A stretch of 61,289 nucleotides of DNA, counting the filler, from Pirum gemmata (lineage: Eukaryota): NCBI GenBank assembly GCA_002812295.1. It is 19 parts of 19 records of this genome, joined end to end, with 100 filler letters (N's around TTAATTAATTAA, not from the genome) between each part and the next. Parts side by side here need not be neighbours in the genome. Positions count along the whole stretch, not along the records: positions 1 to 3,122 come from PDIN01003479.1; positions 3,223 to 6,285 come from PDIN01003480.1; positions 6,386 to 9,507 come from PDIN01003481.1; positions 9,608 to 12,710 come from PDIN01003482.1; 15 more parts are not named here. One strand, 5' to 3'. Position 1 is the stretch's first letter; each line of letters begins with the position of its first letter. Below are positions 1 to 10,463 of the stretch, piece after piece. The position numbers were made by a program, and so were the translations under genes. The notes under the pieces are model-generated. The model was not told where the DNA came from and did no database searches. It was given only the letters and a program-made list of their open reading frames with translations.

Positions 1-87
1 GTGATAATGATAATGATAATGATAATGATAACGATAATGATAATGATAATGATAATGATAATGATAATGATATTGATATTGATAATG

Positions 88-144
<57 letters not shown>

Positions 145-180
145 GTAGTAGTAATAGTAATAATAATAATAATAATAATA
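1..180. repeat. (GATAAT)n/(AAT)n microsatellite
   Basis: Direct reading; it accounts for the MIMIMI pseudo-ORF 1..201. Confidence 0.95.
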
Positions 181-1145
181 ACCCAGATGTTCATTTTCTG
201 ACATTATTAGGTCTTAAAAAAACAGGGTGAAAATTATTTATAAAAAATAGCAACCCAGATATTTAAATTTGGTCATTTTTTTATATGTGATTTTCCCAGA
301 ATTCATTCTGATTTAAGAGATGAAAAATCTAACCTTTGACGTCATGAATCCCAGACCACTTTTAATAGATTCTATTTATTGATTTTAATAATATAATATT
401 TTCTTTTTGTATTTTAAAAATATAAAAACCTATATGTTCCTTTTATGACATTTTTAGGTTTTTAAAAAAGGACTAAAATTAGTCTATTTATAAAAAATAG
501 AAACTCAGATACTTGGTCCTTTTTTTTGTATGTGATTTTTCCAAAATTTATTCTAAGAGTTGAAAAATCTTAACCTTTTTTATATATATGACGTCATGAA
601 TCCCAGACCACATTTCATAGATTCTATTTAATGATTTTGATAATATAATATTTTCTTTTTGTGTGATATTTCAAAAAATATAAAAACCCAGATGTTCATT
701 TTATGACATTTTTAAGTTTTAAAAAAGGGGTTAAAATTATTTATAAAAAATAGAAACTCAGGTATTTGGTCCTTTTATGTATATTTGATTTTTCCCGGAT
801 AAGAGTTGAAAATCTTAACGTTTTTTCTATATATGACGGCATGAATCCCAGACCACATTTCATAGATTCTATTTAATGATTTTGATAATATAAGTTTTTC
901 TTTTTGTATTTCAAAAAAATATATGACATTTTTAGGTTTTAAAAAAAGGGTTAAAATTATTTATAAAAAATAGAAACTTGGATATTTGACCCTTTTTCAT
1001 TCGTGATTTTCCCAGAATTTGTTCTAAGAGTTGACTAGAAGAGTTAAAAAATCTTACCTTTTTTCTATATATGACGTCATGAATCCTATTTCATAGATTC
1101 TATTTAATGATTTTGATAATATGTAATATTTTCTTTTTGTATTTT
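181..1145. repeat. Tandem repeat, 4 diverged units of about 245 bp
   Basis: Anchor TGAC(G)TCATGAATCC...ATAGATTCTATTTA recurs near 337, 589, 835 and 1072. Confidence 0.9.
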
Positions 1146-1365
1146 TTTCGAGATTTTCTTGACCTTTTCCATCATTTCCCTTTTTTGTCGAATTTGGTAA
1201 AAGTTTTTTTAAGTATGGAAAATTTAAAATAAAACTTCCTTAAATAGAATTCTGTACTACTTTAAGTAATAGTATATAAATTAATTACCATATTTAGTAT
1301 AACGCTAACTATATATTGTTATGGACATCAAGAACTGAAAATTAACTTCCGAATTTCGTGTTTGT

Positions 1366-2655
1366 TTAACATTTCAATTCGTCCACACTCTCACCACTGC
1401 TACAACTTCGCTCCAATTGGTTTCCTCCTTCATCATCATCATTTTCTGTGTCTATATCCAAACTTCCATTCAAACCATGTTCAACATCAAAATTGTAATA
1501 TTCAAGCTTAGACTGGTTAAAGTTAGGGTTGTAATGATAATAATCATTATGATGATGATGATGATGTTGTTGTTGTTGTTGTTGTTTCTGATATTTTTGT
1601 GTTTGCACTTCATTCTGTGGTGGTGATATTGGGAGTGGATGGCGACAGTGTATATGATCATGAATATGGGTTTGTTGTGGATTTGTACCCTTGTGATGCT
1701 GTTTTATTGGATCAGTTTCAATATTAATACTATTAAGATTTTGATTATCGTTGTGATTATCATCGTTGTTTTTTTTGCTGCTTTTCTGTATGCTGTGTTG
1801 TTGTCGGTGGTGGTGATGATGATAAGGTTGACGAAAATGTGATGTACAGTGCTGCTGAGGAGGAGGAATAATTGATGATTTCATTAATAAATGAGTAGGT
1901 TGGGTTGGTAATGATAAAGTCGAGTATTGTAATGGGATATCCATCGAAAGGCTTTGATTTTGATACGATGACGATGATGATGGTGGTGATGGTGTTGTTG
2001 GTGTTGTTGTTGATGACAATGATAATGATAATGATGTTGACGAAACTGATGATGATACTGATGATGCTGATGGTGATGATAATGATATTGAAGGTGATGA
2101 TATTGAGCACGTGCTTATAGAATTGCTATTTTGTTGCTCTGGGTGTACACGTCTTCTTCTTTTATGTTGCTTTTGTTGATGGTGGTGATGGTGTTGGTGG
2201 TGATGGTGTTGGTGGTGATGGTGTTGGTGATGTTGGTGATGTTGGTGCTGTTGGTGCTGTTGGTCTTGTTGGTCTTGGTTTTGGTGATAATGTTCACGAT
2301 GATGTTGTGGTTGGGAGTGTTGTTGAGGCTGGTGTGGAAATGGTTGATGTGGAGGTGTTGGTGGTTGGTATGCAAGTGTGAGTGGTTCAGAAAAGTAAGA
2401 ACTACTCGGTCGTTGTTTTTCTTTATATTTTTTACATAAATTACTTTGATAGCTATATTCATTTCTGTGTTGGTACTGTTGTTGTTGCTGTTGTTGTTGT
2501 TGTTCTTGTTCTTGTTGTTGTTGCTGTTGTTGATATGGTGCATAAAAGCTGATGTTGCTGGTGGTGTTGGTGTTGGTAACTATATCATCCTTGTTGTTGC
2601 CATTATTGTTTTCTTTTTGCTCCAAAATTATTTCTAAGATTTGTTCTTTATCATC
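1366..2655 (-). CDS. Low-complexity Q/H/S-rich protein, probable 3' exon, function unknown
   Basis: Stop-free for more than 420 codons, with non-repetitive stretches (PSSSYFSEPLTLAY, YYNFDVEHGLNGSLDID). The first ~37 codons of ORF 1366..2766 (FIFIFIF) look like intron or UTR. Confidence 0.55.
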   Translation of the reverse strand, partial: DDKEQILEIILEQKENNNGNNKDDIVTNTNTTSNISFYAPYQQQQQQQEQEQQQQQQQQQYQHRNEYSYQSNLCKKYKEKQRPSSSYFSEPLTLAYQPPTPPHQPFPHQPQQHSQPQHHREHYHQNQDQQDQQHQQHQHHQHHQHHHHQHHHHQHHHHHQQKQHKRRRRVHPEQQNSNSISTCSISSPSISLSSPSASSVSSSVSSTSLSLSLSSTTTPTTPSPPSSSSSYQNQSLSMDIPLQYSTLSLPTQPTHLLMKSSIIPPPQQHCTSHFRQPYHHHHHRQQHSIQKSSKKNNDDNHNDNQNLNSINIETDPIKQHHKGTNPQQTHIHDHIHCRHPLPISPPQNEVQTQKYQKQQQQQQHHHHHHNDYYHYNPNFNQSKLEYYNFDVEHGLNGSLDIDTENDDDEGGNQLERSCSSGESVDELKC

Positions 2656-2789
2656 TTTAAAAAGCAATATTTTCAAAAATAAAATAAAAATAAAAATAAA
2701 AATAAAATAAAATAATTGTGGTGAGGCAGGGTTGTGGATAACTATTAAAAACAATAAATAATTCACTCAATTATTTAAACTATATCCAA

Positions 2790-3050
2790 GTGTGAGGGAA
2801 ACGCGGATGATGTCATAACAATAATATTTTTTCCACGATGTGTGAGGGAACGCGTGAGGAAAGTTGGAATTTATTTTTTTATTAGTAATATTACTATATA
2901 GAAATAATGAGTGTAACGTGGCGTATCATATTATTTCAAATATGGTAATATAATTATAGCAAATATTTTCCAAGTTTCCTCACCCCTCCCTCGGTCACAT
3001 TACTGAAAAAATTATATATGATGATGACGTCATCCGAGTTTGCCTCATAT
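2790..3050. mobile_element. Foldback/MITE-like element with about 80-bp imperfect inverted arms
   Basis: TGAGGGAAACGCGGATGATGTCAT...GTGAGGAAAGTTGGAA (2790-2870) mirrors TTCCAAGTTTCCTCAC...ATGACGTCATCCGAGTTTGCCTCA (2968-3050). Confidence 0.6.
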
Positions 3051-3122
3051 TTTAGACCTTATGATAATACAGATTTTGGAGGTGGGGTTGGAAAAAATAA
3101 AATAAAATAAAATAAAAATAAA

Positions 3123-3222
3123 NNNNNNNNNNNNNNNNNNNNNNNNNNNNNNNNNNNNNNNNNNNNTTAATTAATTAANNNNNNNNNNNNNNNNNNNNNN
3201 NNNNNNNNNNNNNNNNNNNNNN
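3123..3222. other. Artificial contig linker (44N-TTAATTAATTAA-44N), first of 18 copies
   Basis: The same 100-nt spacer with stops in all six frames recurs roughly every 3.2 kb (e.g. 6286, 9508, 12711, 29501, 58103). Confidence 0.97.
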
Positions 3223-4480
3223 ATTGCTACATTGTTTGTTTGTTTTGCTTTCCAATCTACTACTGCGTTATTGTATAGTGTGTAGTACCCTATTGTTGTC
3301 TTAGCGCCCGGTAGGTCGGCCATTGAGGAATCGGTATATAAAATTAATTTGTCGTTGTTAGGTGTGTTTCGTTTGGGGTATATCTGATGCCGTAGTAACT
3401 GGTGTTGAATAGATATTGTAGTGTAGCGTCGACGTGTTGTAGTGTTGGGTTGGTTCAGTGTGTGGCCAATTTGTGGGCTGCGTATGCTACGTCTGGTCGT
3501 GTACTATCCGCTAGGTATCGTATGATTCCGATGTACATTAGAAATAATTTGAGTAATCGTTTGGATACGTGGTGGTAATTGCGCTGATTGTTTGATGAGT
3601 TTTACAAATGTGGTTGCCATTGGAGTGCTTATTTTTGGTGTTAATTGGTATTCGAAGTTGTTTTATAACGTTCTGTATATGTTGTTGCTGGTGTATTTTC
3701 GTATGGGTCTCAGGTCTCACTTTGCTTTATTTCCATGCCGATTATGACCTGTGCTTCTCCTAAGTGTTTCAGTGGGTACTGTCAGTGTAGTGTCTGGTCC
3801 ACATTTGTAAATGTCGTCTACATACAATCCTACTACCGTTTTGCCATCAGGTGATATCGCTATGCATGATTCTACTGGGTGTATGTTATAGTTGTGTTGT
3901 CGTATTACATTACTCATGCTTTGGTTAAAGAGCATGGATGCGTCACGCTTGCCGTACTTAGCTACTCCGACCTGTATTGCACATTGAAAGTGATCGTTCG
4001 GGTCGTAATGTCGTGCTAGTGATCATTGCTGTTCTGGTGATAGCAGTTCTTTGATTAAGTACATGCCTTGGAGGATATTGATGTATGTTGGTGTTGGTGT
4101 TGGTGTATGTAAGAATGCGTTGGAGACATCGTAATGCTGAATTGGTTTGCCGAATGTGCTATGAGTGTGCGTGTTGGTTCACGGGGTAGTACCGGGGAGT
4201 AAGTATCTTCTGCTGGTGGTCCTTGGTCGCCTCGACAATTCAATCTTCCTTTATACCGCCCATCTTGTTTGATTTTTATTGCCCATATTGTGTTGTACGT
4301 CTGTTCGTCGTCGCGAACGGATTTCCTATCCACTATTCGGAATTTTTCGTTTAACTTGATGTACGCGTTGAATTCGCTAACTATTGCTTCAATATATTGT
4401 TCCTTGCCAGGTTGATTGATTGCTTCTGTAAATGTAAGATGTGCGTGATAGTTGGTTTGTTCTAGTAATTCTATCATCTG
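3223..4480 (-). mobile_element. Ty1/copia LTR retrotransposon pol relic (RT + start of RNase H), frameshifted
   Basis: Motifs in order across frames: WAIKIKQDGRYKGRLNCRG, TYSPV, HYDVSNAFL (~4110-4137), GLYVDDI, GIIRYLADSTRPDVAYA (~3480-3535), YTDSSMAD...DWKAKQ. Confidence 0.92.
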
Positions 4481-5118
4481 TGTTGCTGGTGTGGTGTGTT
4501 GTGTGTATTCTTTGTGTGATGCTGTGGATGTTTGTGCACAGTATGTATAATTTTTGTCAGTGATACTATTGTATGTTATCCCTGATTGGTGTGTTCGTGG
4601 TGATTTGCGAATGTGTTGCTGCTGTTACTGTTGCTACTGTTGCTGTTGGTGCTGGTGTGAGTGCTGATAGTGTGCGTGTGTGCTGATAGTGTGGATGCAG
4701 GTGTGTTGTGTTGTTTTTGTGATTGTTGTTGTTGTTGTTGTTGTTATCGTGTGTTGATGTTGGTCATCGTGACTTCGTTGTAGTTGTGTGTTCTGTTTGT
4801 GTTGCGTTGTGAGAGTCGTCATTGTTCGTTCGTTGAGTTGTGTTGTATTAGAAAAAATGTAAAATAAATATTGATTAAAATATTGTAAAAATTGTTTTGT
4901 AAAATTTAGAAGTAATTTTATTCAAAAGTTCTATTCTCCCCTTTTATACTTTTTCATAATTCTAAATTTTCTCTCTTTGTAATCGTAGCTCTTTTTGATT
5001 GGTACAAATAATTTTCAACCATGGGGTATTTTCATCATCCACCCCAGGGTTATTTCACATTATCTGGTAAAAACCCAAAAGTTCCCCAGCCAAGCATTCC
5101 AAACATCCTTTCTTCTGA

Positions 5119-5210
5119 TATCACTTTGTCATCGCATATCACTTTGTCATCGCGTATCACTTTGTCATCGCATATCACTTTGCCTTCTCATATCACTTTG
5201 TCTTCTCATC
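5119..5210. repeat. 18-bp minisatellite x5
   Basis: ATCACTTTGTCATCGCAT and variants in tandem. Confidence 0.9.
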
Positions 5211-5369
5211 ATGCGCAATTTCAAAGAGGTGTTTTTTTTTTTTTTTTTTAACTTATTATTATTCTATTATAACCTCATGTTCCGTTAAGTTTACTTAGTA
5301 TATGCGAATGCTTTTGCGGTGATAATGGTTTCGTCATTATGTCACTAATATTGAGTTCACTTCCGGAGA

Positions 5370-5410
5370 GAGTTGGTCGTGGGTTCGATTCCCGCTCAGT
5401 GATCCATTTT
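5370..5410 (+). pseudogene. tRNA-like 3' half (T-arm, acceptor 3' strand, CCA)
   Basis: GAGTT GGTC GTGGG TTCGATT CCCGC TCAGTGAT CCA TTTT; canonical B-box/T-loop with a 5-bp stem. Confidence 0.6.
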
Positions 5411-5449
5411 CCAACACACGTAAAAATTACAAATGAGATAATCTATTAC

Positions 5450-6165
5450 AGTGACAGTGCCCTTTTGAACTTCCTGTCTTATCCTATGGTATGCTACATC
5501 CACATATCGTAATCGTCGAACTGGTGCAGTTCCATTAATAATTTGTTCATTTGATTCATTATCTGTCAAAATTTCCGCTAGAATCTCATAATCAGGTAGT
5601 AATTCTTGTAATAAATGTTTAATATTTAATGTCTGAGTCAATTAATTATTACTTGCCACGTATTCTGCTTCACATGAAGACCCAAAAACATCCATGTCAT
5701 GTACATTAATACTCCAGTGAATAATGTTGCCTTACACTACTATAATAAATCCAATTGCCGATCTTCTATCTTGTAAATCTGCATAAGATGAATCCGCGAA
5801 ACATGTTATTCTTATTTTCTTTGTTTTTGTAGTTTGCGGTTTGGCGTGGTATTGTAGTTTTAAATGTTTTGTTTTATTTAAATATTGTATTACTTGTTGT
5901 GCTGCAACCATGTGTTGCTCATCATTATTTTGTAAGTATCTTCCTAATTGCGATGCAGGATATGCTAAATCTGATCTCGATACGTCTGCTATATTTCTTA
6001 TTTTACCGACCATTTTTAGGTATTTTTTGTTCTTCATCGTGTTATCCTTATATTGGTCTCTTTAGTTTTAGATGTGTTGGTATTAGTGTGTTACATGTTC
6101 GTTTGCTTATTTCATACTGATCAATCAGTTCTTGTATTTTATCACTTTGATTAATTTTAATAGAA
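5450..6165 (-). mobile_element. Second Ty1/copia relic (end of RT, RNase H) with in-frame stops
   Basis: SRSDLAYPASQLGRY, CFADSSYAD..DRRSAIG, SSCEAEYVA, LTDNES, YVDVAYHRIRQEV. Clearly different in sequence from the relic at 3223-4480. Confidence 0.92.
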
Positions 6166-6195
6166 TATGCTATAAGAAAAAACGAGAATACGTGG

Positions 6196-6227
6196 GAGTT
6201 TGCTCTTGACCACTGAGCTATCAGGAT
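6196..6227 (-). pseudogene. tRNA-like 5' half (acceptor 5' strand, D-arm, anticodon-stem 5' strand)
   Basis: ATCCTGA TA GCTC AGTGGTCAA GAGC A AACTC; A-box and a 4-bp D-stem. Confidence 0.55.
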
Positions 6228-6537
6228 TTCTTATTTTATATTTAATAGAATACTGATAAGTTAAAAAAAAAAAAAAAAAAAAAAANNNNNNNNNNNNNNN
6301 NNNNNNNNNNNNNNNNNNNNNNNNNNNNNTTAATTAATTAANNNNNNNNNNNNNNNNNNNNNNNNNNNNNNNNNNNNNNNNNNNNCTGTGGTTATGAGAA
6401 ATAAAAGTAAAAGCAAGTTGTTAACGTTATCAAATCAAAAATATATATATATATATATTCTATTATATTATATATATATATCTCAAAATAATAATATATA
6501 AATATATTTGATGCAATTTAAATAATTTGGTATTATG

Positions 6538-6571
<34 letters not shown>

Positions 6572-6744
6572 TTGAGTTTAAATAATTAAAAGTTAGTTAA
6601 TAAACGATTTTTTTACTAACTGAAGTTTGTGATTTTTTTTACTAACTGGAGTTGGTTCATCATAAAAAAAAAATCGAACCGAGCCTTTGTTTTTGGAACA
6701 AGTGAATGCTTTTTTGGTTAGACTACGAATGAGCAGCGAACCTC

Positions 6745-6952
6745 AGTTCTCATATAAAAAAAGTAGGATATTCGAAACTGACAAAAAATCGATCAAAAAA
6801 AACTCGGGTCAGTCAAAAAAAATTAATTAGTAAAAATTCACTACCCCCTCTCAGTTTTCATATAAAAAAGTAGGATGCTCGAAATTGACGAAAAATCGAT
6901 CAAAAAAAAAATCGGTCAGGCAAAAAAAATTAATTAGTAAAAATGCACTAAC
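6745..6952. repeat. About 105-bp tandem duplication
   Basis: CTCAGTT.TCATATAAAAAAGTAGGAT..TCGAAA.TGAC.AAAAATCGATC...TTAATTAGTAAAAAT.CACTA occurs twice. Confidence 0.85.
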
Positions 6953-7036
6953 CACGTTTATATATTTTAAAGTATTGTGCTTTTCATTTATTTATATTAT
7001 ATTAATTTGGTATTATTTATTGTATATTTTATGATG

Positions 7037-7134
7037 TGTTGAGGTGTTACTATATTTGGTATTTATATATACCGGTATATATATATGGCCATATATGTAT
7101 ATATGTTATTACCAAATATAGTAACACCTCAACA
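7037..7134. mobile_element. 98-bp TGT...ACA mini-transposon, 25-bp perfect TIR, 4-bp TSD (GATG), nested in a family-C MITE
   Basis: TGTTGAGGTGTTACTATATTTGGTA / TACCAAATATAGTAACACCTCAACA. Host consensus TTTATGATGACAAAA has GATG duplicated (7033-7036, 7135-7138). Confidence 0.85.
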
Positions 7135-7158
7135 GATGACAAAACAATTGAAAAGCAA

Positions 7159-7220
7159 CCCTAACCCTAACCCTAACCCTAACCCTAACCCTAACCCTAA
7201 CCCTAACCCTAACCCTAACC
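7159..7220. repeat. Interstitial telomere-type (CCCTAA)n
   Basis: About 10 perfect units, starting at the end of a family-C MITE. Confidence 0.95.
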
Positions 7221-7354
7221 ATATGAACGATGCTATAGGATTATATAATAATAATTAGGAGTGAGAGTGACAATGACGTAGGCATCGAATATTATAAATA
7301 TGGTATTTTATTTTATTAATAAAAAAATTCCTATGATATTTTGTTACTTAAAAA

Positions 7355-8020
7355 AAAAAATGATTTTCAATCAATCAAAATCATTTTTCTTTTTTTTTTT
7401 ATCATAAGTTTAAAAAATATATATTTTCGAATAATTCTATCTATAAAATTTTAAAAAAATGATTTTCGATCAATCAATATGTTTGATATATTAAAACTAT
7501 TTTCAAGTAACAATTCGATGTTCAAAAATAAAAATTAAAAAAAAAAATTTCGAATAATAATTCTATCTATAAAATTTTAAAAAAAATGATTTTCGAACAA
7601 TCAATAAGTTTGATATATTAAAACTATTTTCGAGTAAAAATTCAATATTCAAAAATAAAAATTAATAAAAAAATATATTTTCGAATAATAATTCTATCTA
7701 TAAAATTTTAAAAAAATGACTTTCGATCAACCAATAAGTTTGATATATTAAAACTATTTTCAAGCAAAAGGCGATGATCAAAAATAATAATAATAAAAAT
7801 CAACAAACCAAACAATCAACCAACCAATCAATCATTTTTTCTTTTTAAGTTTTTTTAAAAAAAAATTATTTTTGAATAATAATTCTATCTAAAATTTTAA
7901 AAGAATGATTTTCGATCAATCATCAAGTTGGAAATATTAAAACTATTTTCAAGTAATTAAAAATGATTTCTAGTGTTCAAAAATAAAAATAAAAAATCAA
8001 CAAACCAATCAATCAATCAA
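7355..8020. repeat. Tandem repeat, about 125-185-bp units x4
   Basis: AATAATTCTATCT(AT)AAAATTTTAAAA..ATGA.TTTCGA recurs near 7430, 7557, 7688 and 7878. Confidence 0.85.
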
Positions 8021-8024
8021 TTCT

Positions 8025-8209
8025 CTAACTCTAACCCTAACCTATACCCTAACCTATACCCTAACCCTAACCTATACCCTAACCCTAACCTTTTAACCCT
8101 AACCCTAACCTTTTAACCCTAACCCTAACCTTTTAACCCTAACCCTAACCCTAACCCTAACCTTTTAACCCTAACCCTAACCCTAACCTTTTAACCCTAA
8201 CCCTAACCC
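8025..8209. repeat. Interstitial telomere-type array with higher-order variants
   Basis: CCCTAA mixed with repeated CCTATA and CCTTTTAA variants. Confidence 0.95.
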
Positions 8210-8849
8210 AAATTAAAACCAGAAAGTACTTATCAAGCCAATGGCTTAGCTGTAATAAAATAATAATATTACTTTATTGTTTTATTTTTTTAAGACTTAG
8301 TAGTGTTGGATAATATGAGTCTTATCTTATAATAACACTTTATATAACTGTCTTCTGCGCAATTTTTTTTATTAAAAATAATTTCTGTATGTGTCTTTGA
8401 CTTCTCTTTGCCTAAGTCTAGCAGCTAGTACGTATAGCTAGCTAGCTACTCTAGCTAGTGGAACGCTAGAAAACGGCCAATCAAAATGTATTTTAGTATA
8501 ATTTAGTATATGAGAGGGAAACTGAGAGGGAGCATGACGTAGACTTTTTTTAGGCTGGAATTGCAAGGGTAGACAATACTAGACAAGTAGACATAGCGTA
8601 AAATTCCTTAATTCAAAACAAAATTTTATGTCCTAGATTATATTGTTATTGTTATTGATATTGATATTGTTATTGTTATCGACACTTGTAGGGTGTTTTT
8701 TGGTTTGCAATCAGAAGGTTCAGCCAGGGTTAAAATCCCACAGTCTCGATAGCTTATCAATTGAACTCTAACCTTAAAACTCTAACTATTGCACCAACAC
8801 CAAAGAGTATTTTACCTAAAAATAATTATATCATGTACAAGAGTAACTT

Positions 8850-9476
8850 TTAGTTTTTTATCTTTTGGATTTCTTTACCCAGATCGTTTGCTTTATTAAC
8901 AAACTCCTTCAATTTTTCAAGTTTCGCTCCAGTAAAACTATCCACCAGTTCTTCACCATCATACATATGAAAAGCAGGCACAATACCAACACCTAGCTTT
9001 GTTCCTAGAGCAAGAGACTTTGAAATATCAACATCAAAAAAACTAACAGTTTTCTTATATTTTTTACATAATTCTTCCACATCCGGTTGTATAGCGTGGC
9101 AAGGTTTGCACCAGACGGCACCGAATTTAATTATACTTATTTTTTGCAATTGATGAAGCGAAGTATTTAGCGCAATATCTAGCTCTTCTTCGTTTTTTAA
9201 TGTTACGATTTCACCTTGTACAATTTGATCAATTATTTGTTGCTTGTGATGCTGTTTTTCTTTTTCCGTTAAACATTCTGAAGATTGAGATTCATCAGTT
9301 TTACTTGGAGGTTCGATAAATTTTAGTACCATTTCAGGTATATGTGGTCGGATTTTGCCATAAAAATGATCCCAGTGGCCACTGATATTGTTTCGCCATG
9401 ATTCAGGAAGAAGATTCCAAAATGGTTTTAACATTAACATTAAAACAGGAATAGCAACATTCCAAGGAATGCAAAC
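8850..9476 (-). CDS. Thioredoxin-domain protein (WCKPC) with hydrophobic N-terminal segment; last exon
   Basis: IIKFGAVWCKPC...FFDVDI...GIVPAFHMY...FTGA thioredoxin fold. Acceptor TTTCATTTTAG|GTT at 9477/9476 is in frame and gives VCIPWNVAIPVLMLMLKPFW. The first exon lies beyond the contig end. Confidence 0.9.
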   Translation of the reverse strand, partial: VCIPWNVAIPVLMLMLKPFWNLLPESWRNNISGHWDHFYGKIRPHIPEMVLKFIEPPSKTDESQSSECLTEKEKQHHKQQIIDQIVQGEIVTLKNEEELDIALNTSLHQLQKISIIKFGAVWCKPCHAIQPDVEELCKKYKKTVSFFDVDISKSLALGTKLGVGIVPAFHMYDGEELVDSFTGAKLEKLKEFVNKANDLGKEIQKIKN

Positions 9477-10144
9477 CTAAAATGAAAATAATAAATAATA
9501 AATAAATNNNNNNNNNNNNNNNNNNNNNNNNNNNNNNNNNNNNNNNNNNNNTTAATTAATTAANNNNNNNNNNNNNNNNNNNNNNNNNNNNNNNNNNNNN
9601 NNNNNNNATTATTTTTTATTTAGCAGACGCATTAACTAGTAACTCGATGTTTATGCATCAAAAATTAAACCAATTAAATTAAAAAGCTAATCTAGATTAA
9701 TTAAGCAAACTTTGTTATTGAATTTTCTTCATAACATCATTATTACCATTCTATATATAAACATTTATAGTTATATAAACATTTATAGTTTGTTAAGCGT
9801 AGTGGTTATCCCCAGGTTTAATTAACACTTGAGAAATATATATATATACATATCAGATAATAATAATAGTGTATTACATCGGAGGTACTTAACTGAGAAC
9901 GATGTGCGAAAACTACATAAATAAAAAAAAATAATAATAGTGTATTAAAAACCATAAAATCGGAAAAGTTCCGGCAGCTGTTCGGTAATAATAAAATGAC
10001 GTCATCTCACCCCTACTCCTGCTACTGCAACTGCACTGCAATCTGCACAGTCTGACTGCACTCTGCAGCCCTGTAGACCGAGAGGTAGACAGTAGACTGA
10101 GGCTGTAGAATAGAGTCTTTTATAGACTATAGACGGGGTCTATA

Positions 10145-10334
10145 TAGTGCTTTTCAGTTGTTTTGTCATCATAAAATATAAAATAATAAATCGTACCAAA
10201 TTAATATAATATAAATCCATTTAATTTAATTTGGTATATTTTATTATCTGTATATTGATTTAAAAATGTCAATTTAAAGATTATAACACTCCAAATAAAT
10301 ATTCAGAGTAACAAAATAAATGAAAAGCACAATA
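10145..10334. mobile_element. MITE family C (~185 bp, TIR T(C/T)GTGCTTTTCA.TT.TTTTGTCA, TA-flanked)
   Basis: Full or partial copies near 6975, 11018, 15751, 18843, 21060, 27706, 28476, 39368, 46687, 53648, 56990 and 57133; ends TA-TCGTG...CACGA-TA. Confidence 0.85.
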
Positions 10335-10463
10335 CTAGTAGCTAGCTATGCATAGTCTCGAATCTAGTCTAGCTTATCACTGATATCGATACTTAGTATC
10401 GATACTGCTGCTATCTTACTATATAGGTATAGTATAGGTATCACGATAGCTACTAGCTAGAGT

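Noticed and set aside
1..201. Homopolymeric or dipeptide ORFs (also 12983, 14099, 17940, 18522, 20118, 35971, 37698, 53249, 56048)
   Set aside because: They are translations of microsatellites or telomere repeats, and several run through N gaps.
1417..2637. Plus-strand M/V/L-rich ORFs
   Set aside because: Antisense shadows of the Q/H/S-rich minus-strand ORF.
3167..3178. Recurring TTAATTAATTAA motif as a biological repeat
   Set aside because: Always centred in 88 Ns; it is an assembly linker.
5370..5410. Complete functional tRNA gene
   Set aside because: No D-arm upstream on the same strand, and the anticodon cannot be assigned.
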